52,911 nt of DNA from a virus (lineage: Duplodnaviria; Caudoviricetes): positions 1 through 52,911 of the IMG/VR virus record IMGVR_UViG_3300037246_001346; one strand, written 5' to 3'. Positions 45,427-52,911 of the stretch are shown here, piece by piece (positions within the stretch are counted from its first letter, which is position 1; every line of letters begins with the position of its first letter). The notes beneath the pieces were generated by a model that saw only the letters and a list, made by a program, of their open reading frames with translations, had not been told where the DNA came from and did no database searches. The translations under genes and the position numbers were made by a program.

Positions 45427-45729
45427 ATGGCGAATGTATGGAATAAAACCAGTATGCTTTGGAAGGTAGACAGTAAGGATACTAACGCTGCCTTGACTGA
45501 CCTTGCACCTGGATTCATTAATCCAATTGTTTATGATGTTGTTTACATCCCCGCTGCTGCGGATAATGCCGTAACCTTTCAGACAGGGAGTAGCGAGGAT
45601 GCTATTGTTTTAAAGGCTGGTGCTTCTGATGCTTCTCCAGTTCATCTACCTTTTATTGGTGGAAGACATGTTCCAGGGTTAAAATGTACAGCTATTACTG
45701 CTGGCACAGTATATGTTTATCTTAAATGA
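45427..45729 (+). CDS. Small virion structural protein
   Basis: Beta-rich; strong RBS. Confidence 0.55.
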   Translation: MANVWNKTSMLWKVDSKDTNAALTDLAPGFINPIVYDVVYIPAAADNAVTFQTGSSEDAIVLKAGASDASPVHLPFIGGRHVPGLKCTAITAGTVYVYLK

Positions 45730-45998
45730 AATTCATGCGCTTCAACCCCGAAGACCATATCGGGGAGAAGTTTAGAGCATGTCATTTGTGCGGTGGAGAT
45801 TGGTTTGAAACTGACGAAGATACCGAGCAAACAAACTACTATGGTAGATTGTACCCAGAGAGTTTAATGGCGGAAAGAGATGGTTTTTGGTACTGCTTGA
45901 GTCATTACACATGGCGTTTTCAGCACAAGGACGAAGATGATGAGCCTTGGGACGAACCCGACCACGATCGGGAATTACCAGAAAAGGGGATTGTATGA
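45726..45998 (+). CDS. Zn-binding hypothetical protein
   Basis: CHLCG...YCLSH. Confidence 0.55.
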   Translation: MKFMRFNPEDHIGEKFRACHLCGGDWFETDEDTEQTNYYGRLYPESLMAERDGFWYCLSHYTWRFQHKDEDDEPWDEPDHDRELPEKGIV

Positions 45999-46315
45999 TG
46001 CCTAAAATACCCGACGAGATATTAAAAGAAGCCCTCAAGGGAATAAGACCCCTCGGAAGTAATCTTTACATCTATGTCTTACCAAGGGCTGAAAAGATTG
46101 GTTTAATTGTAACTGCAGGTGCTGCCCAGCGAACCGAAGAGGCTATTGTTATAGCCAAGGGTAAGGGAGTGGAAGAACTGGACATTGGGGATAAGATACT
46201 CATTTCTTATAGCGAAGGAACTCATATACAATTACCAGAAACTTATTCTAAAGAGCCGCGGCATAGAATCATTATTGAGCACAATATTCTTGCAGGGGTG
46301 AGTGAAGATGTATGA
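45995..46315 (+). CDS. groES: GroES-like co-chaperonin
   Basis: IRPLGSNLYI, GLIV mobile loop, VIAKGKG...IGDKILI, IIIEHNILAGV. Confidence 0.75.
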   Translation: MMPKIPDEILKEALKGIRPLGSNLYIYVLPRAEKIGLIVTAGAAQRTEEAIVIAKGKGVEELDIGDKILISYSEGTHIQLPETYSKEPRHRIIIEHNILAGVSEDV

Positions 46316-46499
46316 CCCCAAAACGGTTAAACTCACTGAACCCATTAAGAGTATTGTGGAGTGGGTTGAAGAGCTTGAGAGTGATATTGGTCTATACAAC
46401 GAGAAGTTGGCTCGATTTGAGAAGAGGATGAAACAGTTCGAGAAGGGTATCAAGGCTTTTGATGAGAAGATGGACAGAATAGAGAAGTACGCAAAATGA
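46302..46499 (+). CDS. Coiled-coil hypothetical protein
   Basis: Heptad repeats; overlap-coupled. Confidence 0.55.
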   Translation: MKMYDPKTVKLTEPIKSIVEWVEELESDIGLYNEKLARFEKRMKQFEKGIKAFDEKMDRIEKYAK

Positions 46500-46813
46500 T
46501 ATCACACATTATGAAGGTGTACAGTGGTACTGCTACCACAGATGGCAATACACACGCCACCCCAGTAAAGACGAAGTTTTCTGGGGAAGCTGTATTCTTT
46601 CTTGACATTACTGCCATTACTGGCACTCTCGATTTAGAGATTCAAACTTATAACCCACGGACGAAAAAGTGGCATAAACTGGCAACATTTGACCAGAAGA
46701 ACGGGACGGGACAAGATGAGGGATTCATTGAATACGGGTTGGGAGAAAAGATAGCTTTAAAATACAAGGTGAGTACGAGTGCTACTTTCACCTTGGATGT
46801 GAGCTTGAAATGA
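46496..46813 (+). CDS. Small beta-sandwich virion protein, paralog of 48150-48491
   Basis: Shared Y.GT.T..G...A.P, E.V.FLD.T and KW.....FD. Confidence 0.6.
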   Translation: MISHIMKVYSGTATTDGNTHATPVKTKFSGEAVFFLDITAITGTLDLEIQTYNPRTKKWHKLATFDQKNGTGQDEGFIEYGLGEKIALKYKVSTSATFTLDVSLK

Positions 46814-47092
46814 GTTTACGGCTACATAATCGCCTCAAGGCGAGGTCGCCTAGTTTTAAAATATGGATACCAGAACCACCTTGGTGGAGAAAACTTTGGT
46901 GGGGGATTAGAAAATGGCTGATACGTTTCATTTACATAATAGATTAAGAACAGACGTTTCTGCAGACTTATGTAACTTAGAAGTGTCTGCTCTTGAGCGA
47001 AAAGATTTATTGCAAAGACTTCTTTTGCAACTTAAAAAATCAAATAAACACCTCCAGTCTATGACTGATGAGGAAATTTTGGAGGATTAACA

Positions 47093-47677
47093 ATGAGTTT
47101 AATTGAAGATGGTAAAGGCAAGGGATATAAAGCAGAGGTTGATAATGAAAATATGTTAAAAGTCCATGCTGTATCACAGACAGTAGAACATCATGTCAAT
47201 GAAGAACACGGTGACGCATACCATTGCGTATTTAGCCAATCGCCAACCGCAGCCGATGATTGTATTTTTTACATGATTAATAACAGTGATGACCATGACC
47301 TGATTGTAGAGGGTGTGTGCCTTGGATTTAAAAATGCTGATGGTGATGACCCAGAAATTTATTTTCAGATTAGTGATACAGGAACAAGGAATAGTGCAAC
47401 TGCATTAACGCCAACTAATTGTAATGGAAGTAGTGGTAAAGCTGCCGATGGGACTTTTGAGAAGGGTGCTGATTTAGATGGCAGTCCTGCTACATTGACG
47501 GGTGGAGTAGTAATTGAAAGATACTTATTTGCCAGTGTGCAAGACCAAACCTCAACGCTTTTTAATTTTGAACAGGATATTATTTTACCAAAAAATAAGA
47601 CCCTGACTATATGGGCGAATGATGCACAAGCGACTTATTATGTGACTGTAATTTTTAATTTCCACATGCCTAAATAA
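47093..47677 (+). CDS. Virion structural protein
   Basis: MSLIEDGKGKGYKAEVD; DIILPKNKTL; GGAGG RBS. Confidence 0.6.
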   Translation: MSLIEDGKGKGYKAEVDNENMLKVHAVSQTVEHHVNEEHGDAYHCVFSQSPTAADDCIFYMINNSDDHDLIVEGVCLGFKNADGDDPEIYFQISDTGTRNSATALTPTNCNGSSGKAADGTFEKGADLDGSPATLTGGVVIERYLFASVQDQTSTLFNFEQDIILPKNKTLTIWANDAQATYYVTVIFNFHMPK

Positions 47678-48153
47678 TGCCAGTAAAATCTACTATAATA
47701 AAACCAGGGACGGGTAAAGCTATCTGGACACCAGATGGGATGTATGCCCCTCTCGTGGGGACAACTACAGAAGCTCGGACATATGGGCAGTTCAAGACTG
47801 CTTCTATTACAGAAATAACGCTGGGCACAACAATCGTTGCTCCACCATCGAATGAATCTATTGTTCTGACGGACTTGATAATCTCGGCGGAGAAGAAGAA
47901 TCTGGGCATAGATACATTAAGATTCCACGATGGAACAAACACGGTGAATATTATGGTTACTAGTGTTGCTGACTCTCCAGTTAATATAGCGATTGCATTT
48001 GCGGGACATTGGCATGGATGGAAAGACGCATATCTTCAGGTAGTGCAAGCTGGGGCGAACCATTATTATAGTGTGTCAATAGGATATTATTTTATGCCTA
48101 AAGAATTGACAGAGCTGTATGCTAGATGGAATAACCTACGAGACGTGAGATGA
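47677..48153 (+). CDS. Virion structural protein
   Basis: Beta-rich; coupled start. Confidence 0.55.
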   Translation: MPVKSTIIKPGTGKAIWTPDGMYAPLVGTTTEARTYGQFKTASITEITLGTTIVAPPSNESIVLTDLIISAEKKNLGIDTLRFHDGTNTVNIMVTSVADSPVNIAIAFAGHWHGWKDAYLQVVQAGANHYYSVSIGYYFMPKELTELYARWNNLRDVR

Positions 48154-48491
48154 GAACATCCGATGAACAAATATACGGTGGGACAGTTACGGAGAATGGA
48201 GACTCTTACGCTGCCCCGATTAACGTCAAGGGTGCTGGTGAGGTTGTCTTATTCTTAGACGTAACGGTAGCAAGTGGCACAAACCCGACTTTAATAGTAA
48301 AACTAATGACCCAGGATACGATAAGTACCAAGTGGTTTGAGATAGGAAAGTTTGATACAGTATCGAGTGTAACAACCGATACTACTCCTATCATAAATGG
48401 ACTTGGTTCATTTTTAGGGTGTGTTTGGGAAGTTGGCGGTACTGATAACCCAAGTTTCACATTTGCTTTAAACGCAAGTATAAAGGATTAA
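48150..48491 (+). CDS. Small beta-sandwich virion protein, paralog of 46496-46813
   Basis: FLDVTVASGTNPTL...VGGTDNPSFTF. Confidence 0.6.
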   Translation: MRTSDEQIYGGTVTENGDSYAAPINVKGAGEVVLFLDVTVASGTNPTLIVKLMTQDTISTKWFEIGKFDTVSSVTTDTTPIINGLGSFLGCVWEVGGTDNPSFTFALNASIKD

Positions 48492-48495
48492 AAAA

Positions 48496-48669
48496 ATGGC
48501 ATTCACTCGAAATGGAAATGATATAACACTTAATGTTGATTTTTCTATATCTTATAAAGATCACGTAACTACTGTTCCCCCCACGGGGATGCACAAAGTA
48601 AAAAATATTTATTGGAACCCTGAAACAGGGAACTATGATGTGGAGCATGAAGATACTCCACAAGAATAA
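48496..48669 (+). CDS. 57-aa hypothetical protein (absent from the ORF track)
   Basis: AAGGA RBS; PPTGMHKVKNIYWNPETG. Confidence 0.55.
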   Translation: MAFTRNGNDITLNVDFSISYKDHVTTVPPTGMHKVKNIYWNPETGNYDVEHEDTPQE

Positions 48670-48725
48670 GAAATTAGGAGATATAAATGGCTTGGAAAAA
48701 ACTTTTATATAATTAGGAGAAAAAC

Positions 48726-49409
48726 ATGGGAGACAAAACTTTCACAGAATTCAAGTCAGAACTACTCTGGGCGTTGGGCAATCTTGACTCAAGCGATGTA
48801 AATTCCATGGAAGGAATCTGGGTGAATTCTAGTTATCGTTCACTAACGAGTCGGAATAAATTTTACAAGTTTAAAGTTCCCAAGACGTTCACCTTCCCCG
48901 AACTCGACACCTCGACCACAGCGACGGGCAATGATGGGGATGCTTATATATCGAAACCTTCAGATAGCATATTTGTTCATACGGTCTGGGACATGACCAC
49001 CGACAATATGTTGAACTACAAAGACCACAGTTGGTATGTAGAACAAACTGGGCGGGCAGATGCTAATAGTGAAGGCGAGGCATCTGACTGGACTCCATAC
49101 AGCAATAAACTCTACCTCTACCCAACACTCGACGATGAGTATAATTTTACGATTTACTACAGAAAGCGTGTCGCCGACTTGACGGGTACAGGAACTACTG
49201 TTATTGGTGCAGAATGGGATGAGCCGACTCTGATGTTTGCCGTAATGCGTGGGTATATGTTTTTGCGAGATTTTGATAAAGCTAAACAGTGGAGAGAGGA
49301 GTTTATATTAACGATACAAGACTTAATGGGTATGCAGGAGAGACAGGCAAGGTACACAAGAGACCGCCTTATACCCTCAGTAATGCAAACCCAGAAACAT
49401 GGATACTAA
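48726..49409 (+). CDS. Head-tail adaptor (tail tubular protein A-like)
   Basis: TFTEFKSEL, LYLYPTLDDEYNFTIYY; synteny. Confidence 0.7.
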   Translation: MGDKTFTEFKSELLWALGNLDSSDVNSMEGIWVNSSYRSLTSRNKFYKFKVPKTFTFPELDTSTTATGNDGDAYISKPSDSIFVHTVWDMTTDNMLNYKDHSWYVEQTGRADANSEGEASDWTPYSNKLYLYPTLDDEYNFTIYYRKRVADLTGTGTTVIGAEWDEPTLMFAVMRGYMFLRDFDKAKQWREEFILTIQDLMGMQERQARYTRDRLIPSVMQTQKHGY

Positions 49410-49612
49410 TGCCTGATAAGTTCAAGATAAAAGAAATTATATTAGAACAGATATATTTTAACTCTGAGGTTGCGAGATTCTTGGGCAGTTTCGATTCTCA
49501 ACATGATAAAGATATAATCGGGGCAACCCTGGATTTTATTAAAAAAACATACCCAGAATTTATTTCTACCCTAAACGGGGAGTTAGTTCTGGAAGAGACA
49601 ACGGAGGATTAA
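49409..49612 (+). CDS. Hypothetical protein
   Basis: TAATG-coupled start at 49409. Confidence 0.5.
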   Translation: MPDKFKIKEIILEQIYFNSEVARFLGSFDSQHDKDIIGATLDFIKKTYPEFISTLNGELVLEETTED

Positions 49613-50020
49613 ATGGGGATTCCGAACGAAGGATTAGTCGAATTATGCGGATTGGCAGGGGATAGTGGCTCTCCAACTGAATTTACATACTTGGCAACGG
49701 GTCAGGGCGATACAGCTTTTGCAATTACCGACTCAGCTCTTGAGGATGAGATAGTTAATGCAGATAGCCTTGGGCTCAAGAGAGTAGTAGCGACGGTAAC
49801 AAAAGAAGACACAAACATAACAGACGACACGCTGCAACTCACAACAACATTCACGGTAGTAGGGACTACGACGATAAAAGAGGTTGGAGTAACTAATCAT
49901 GCTACTAAGGGTCACGCGAATGAAAGATGGCTCAGTAGAACCGTACTTACAACCCCGAAGGATGTCGTAAGTGGTTCGAGCTATACTTTGACTTATAAAA
50001 TAATTTTCACGAGGGCTTAA
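49613..50020 (+). CDS. Virion structural protein
   Basis: YLATGQGDTA...DSALEDE, IKEVGV, YTLTYKI. Confidence 0.6.
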   Translation: MGIPNEGLVELCGLAGDSGSPTEFTYLATGQGDTAFAITDSALEDEIVNADSLGLKRVVATVTKEDTNITDDTLQLTTTFTVVGTTTIKEVGVTNHATKGHANERWLSRTVLTTPKDVVSGSSYTLTYKIIFTRA

Positions 50021-51072
50021 TGCAGCGTTATATGATTCGTCCACTACAACACGGACTTGATTTAAGCCACTCGTCTCTTAATGCGCCCTTCCCCTACGCT
50101 TATTGGCCTTCAAAGAATTTCAGGGTTTCTCAGCATAGTGCACAAAAGCGATGGGGTTACAATACTACTGACAGGGAGTTGGGTGGGAGTGCTGAGGTTC
50201 AGGCGATTGTTCTCTATCAGATTAAGGATGGAACTCGCTTTACACTTTATCTAACTGATACTGATTTAATCAGGAAGGATGCAGGTTTAGCAACTGATGA
50301 CTGGACTTCTATTAAACAAGCTGCTTACACTGTGCCAACTGGTGATCGGTGGACATGGTGTATCATTGACGATACGTTTATTTTTACTAACGGCAATACT
50401 AATGTTCAAGTTTCATCTGGGGGTAATACTGCTACGGATTTAAGCGCAGATATCAAAAAGGCAAAGTACTGTATTCCATATGCCAATAGGCTCTTTGTTG
50501 CTAATTATGGCTCTACTCTTGACCCATTGGGTATTGCATGGTCTAAGGAAGGAGACCCGACAGATTGGACAGACAGTACCGCTGGTGCTGGGATATTAAT
50601 TGAAACAAAGGATTTCATCACAGGCTTGGGGGTAGTGGGTGCGAGTATTGTTATTTACAAGTCTGACTCCATAGCATTTGGGCACAGAACTGGTGATGCG
50701 GTAGCTCCCATAAGTATTCCCCAAACAAGAGAACGGCGTGGCATTGGCTTAGTGGCACCGTATAGCCTTATTGATTTCATGGGAACCAATGCCTTTATTG
50801 GCAGGAACGACTTCTATGTTATTGAGGGTGACCGTCCAGTTGCTATCGGGGAAAAAATGCGGGACAAGTTTTTTGACATAATTGACCTCGATGACATTAA
50901 GGAAGTTTATGGTTGGGAAAATAACATAACAAACGAACTTTGTTGGACAGCCAACACAAACGAAGGTAGACTTATCTTCGCCTGGGATTATAAATTAAGA
51001 GAGTGGAGTGTTTATGAGTTTGCGGCAGATTTTATAATGGCAGGAAAAGGTACAATATCAGAATCAACATGA
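50020..51072 (+). CDS. Tail nozzle/DNA stabilization protein (P22 gp10-like), N-terminal beta-propeller part
   Basis: YANRLFVAN, IAWSKEGDPTDW, ITGLG, GIGLVAPYS, VAIGEK. Confidence 0.7.
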   Translation: MQRYMIRPLQHGLDLSHSSLNAPFPYAYWPSKNFRVSQHSAQKRWGYNTTDRELGGSAEVQAIVLYQIKDGTRFTLYLTDTDLIRKDAGLATDDWTSIKQAAYTVPTGDRWTWCIIDDTFIFTNGNTNVQVSSGGNTATDLSADIKKAKYCIPYANRLFVANYGSTLDPLGIAWSKEGDPTDWTDSTAGAGILIETKDFITGLGVVGASIVIYKSDSIAFGHRTGDAVAPISIPQTRERRGIGLVAPYSLIDFMGTNAFIGRNDFYVIEGDRPVAIGEKMRDKFFDIIDLDDIKEVYGWENNITNELCWTANTNEGRLIFAWDYKLREWSVYEFAADFIMAGKGTISEST

Positions 51073-51084
51073 GGATAATATAAA

Positions 51085-52308
51085 ATGGCTATTCCTGGTC
51101 AACCAAGTGCGCCTTCGAATTTGTCTGCCTCGACTACTGGCGATGAAAAAGTAACTAATGGAAAGTTTACCGCAGCTGCACCTTGGACATATGGACACAC
51201 TAATAGTCTAGATGGATGGTCTTACGACGGAACAAATAATGAAGCTGATTGTGATGGGAATCAAACTGCTGGAGTTGATTTAAAACAAGATATTTCAGCA
51301 GCTGCAAGTGAAAGATATAAACTACGATACAAGGTTAAAAATTATGTAACGGGAACGGTAACTTCTCGAATTGGTGGAGTTGATGGAGAGGAGAGGTCAG
51401 CAAATGGGACATATTATGATTATATCACTGCTACGGGAACGGGGAACCTTAAATTTCAGGCAGATGCAGATTTTACTGGAAGCGTTGATACCGTAAGTGT
51501 AAAAAGAATATTTACTGGAAATACCATACGGACAACTTGGACTAACGGTACTACTTATACTCTTATTTATATCTTACACAAAACAGTTGGAAGCTGGGAA
51601 ATTATAGATACATTGGGTGGGAGTGTAACTTCGTATGAACATGAAGGTGTTTCGACAAATGTTCTTCATTATTATCAGGTACAGGGGTATCGCGGTATAT
51701 ACGAGGAACCACTTTCAGACCTCTCAAATAGTGATTCTGCCGCATGTTGGGTAGATACCCTGACTGAAGAAGTTGCAATAGACGAATCTATAGCTGATTA
51801 CGCAACTGGTTCAACTATTTCAGACACTATAACCGAGACAGTAGCGGTAGCAGATTATGTAATAGATGCCAAGGATATAATAACGAATTATGTTTATTAT
51901 TTAGGCACAGCAACTGGTGGGATTTATGAATATGGCGGTTTTTACAAAAGCGATGCAGGGACGGCTATCACGGCACGATGGGAGAGTAAGGATACAGACT
52001 TTGCCGACCAGAGCATAGAAAACTCGGACAAGTTTAAGACAGTAGAGTTTGTGAGACTTCACTATATAGATAAATCTGCTGGTGCTCGCATTTCCATAAA
52101 GGTCAGTACAGATGGCGGGGCAAGTTGGACTACGAAAACAAAGAGCATCGGGACGGGAAACAGTAAGGGGAAGATTAAGGATTTCTACTTTATAAAAACG
52201 GGGCAGATATTCAGGTTTGCCATTGAGAGTATCTCTACCACCGACGAATTTCAATGGGTCGGGCTCGAAGCATTTTACTCTTTGGGCGGGGATGGTTTCG
52301 CAGCATGA
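51085..52308 (+). CDS. FN3/carbohydrate-binding-like domains fused to a gp10-like C-terminal domain
   Basis: PSAPSNLSA...YYQVQGY (FN3-like); DAGTAITARWESKDTDF, VSTDGGASW and GQIFRF. Confidence 0.6.
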   Translation: MAIPGQPSAPSNLSASTTGDEKVTNGKFTAAAPWTYGHTNSLDGWSYDGTNNEADCDGNQTAGVDLKQDISAAASERYKLRYKVKNYVTGTVTSRIGGVDGEERSANGTYYDYITATGTGNLKFQADADFTGSVDTVSVKRIFTGNTIRTTWTNGTTYTLIYILHKTVGSWEIIDTLGGSVTSYEHEGVSTNVLHYYQVQGYRGIYEEPLSDLSNSDSAACWVDTLTEEVAIDESIADYATGSTISDTITETVAVADYVIDAKDIITNYVYYLGTATGGIYEYGGFYKSDAGTAITARWESKDTDFADQSIENSDKFKTVEFVRLHYIDKSAGARISIKVSTDGGASWTTKTKSIGTGNSKGKIKDFYFIKTGQIFRFAIESISTTDEFQWVGLEAFYSLGGDGFAA

Positions 52309-52777
52309 GCGTAGCGCGCATAAAAGACATACCTTACCCCGAGGATTTGCACGGAGTTCCCGAGATAAAGGAATACCTCAAGAGACTTTACACTGCATTA
52401 CAGGAAGAACAGTCGGAGAAGATAGAGGATTTTGATGTCTTGAAAATGGATAATGTTGGCTGGGAAGATGTTCGGGCATATGCAAATAATACAAACAAAC
52501 AAGATGGACTAGCCAATGCAATTAGTAAAATTGGCTCTACGGAAACAACGCTACTTATCCCCAACCAACAGGATGTAACCGCTAACGCTACTGTTCCCGC
52601 AAATGTTACTTTGTGGTTTTTACGGGGTGGTTCAATCAATGTGGGTGCCTTTGATTTGGATATTAATGGTAGAATAATAAACCCAGACAACCATTATATT
52701 CTTATTAAAAACAGTACTGGAACTTGGGCAATAAACAGGATACAGCAGCAAAACATGAATATATTATGGACTGGAGC
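52305..52777 (+). CDS. Tailspike/tail fibre 5' part (continues at position 1)
   Basis: ATG overlaps the upstream TGA; MSVARIKDIPYP...EDVRAY...ATVPANVTLWF; no stop before the junction. Confidence 0.8.
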
Positions 52778-52903
52778 TGCTGGATACGAAATTGACTCAA
52801 CTGCAGCTGCTCAAATAACTGCTGGTGCCTCTTCTGCGACTGTAGTGGATTCTACGGGATTTTCTCCTGGCATGGGGTTTAGAATATATGGGGCTGGCGT
52901 AGC
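52778..52903. repeat. Terminal direct repeat (assembly overlap), copy 2
   Basis: Identical to 1-126. Confidence 0.97.
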
Positions 52904-52911
52904 AGATCGGA
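52904..52911 (+). other. Illumina adapter remnant
   Basis: AGATCGGA is the start of the TruSeq adapter AGATCGGAAGAGC and breaks the repeat match. Confidence 0.85.

Noticed and set aside
1-52911. Diversity-generating retroelement or alternative genetic code
   Set aside because: No reverse transcriptase or TR/VR pair was seen; genes are intact under code 11 and use all three stop codons

Overview
The window is an apparently complete, circularly permuted dsDNA tailed-phage genome of about 52,777 bp. Bases 1-126 recur at 52778-52903 and are followed by 8 nt of Illumina adapter. It looks podovirus-like, uses sigma70-type promoters and GGAGG ribosome-binding sites, and shows no recognisable integrase, DNA polymerase, tRNA or CRISPR array. 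A rightward late region (about 32-52.8 kb, continuing through 1-11.1 kb) encodes portal, scaffold, major capsid, a glycosyl/sulfo/methyltransferase cluster, beta-helix proteins, GroES, adaptor and nozzle, tailspike, M15 endolysin, ejection proteins, lysis genes and terminase. A leftward region (11.1-28 kb) and a short rightward region (28-32 kb) hold dozens of small ORFs plus helicase, nuclease, resolvase and phosphoesterase genes. The most striking unexplained structure is a tandem array of XerC/XerD dif-like 28-bp sites at 15.15-16.47 kb, with exactly one small gene between consecutive sites. There is also a near-canonical solitary dif site at 28591-28618. Two further motifs mark gene junctions in the accessory region: AAATCGGGGCAAATAA-like and RTCTA-N6-TAGAY. 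Several small genes are duplicated. Together these suggest a gene-cassette shuffling system that borrows host recombinases. All calls were made by eye from sequence motifs; no database searches were run.
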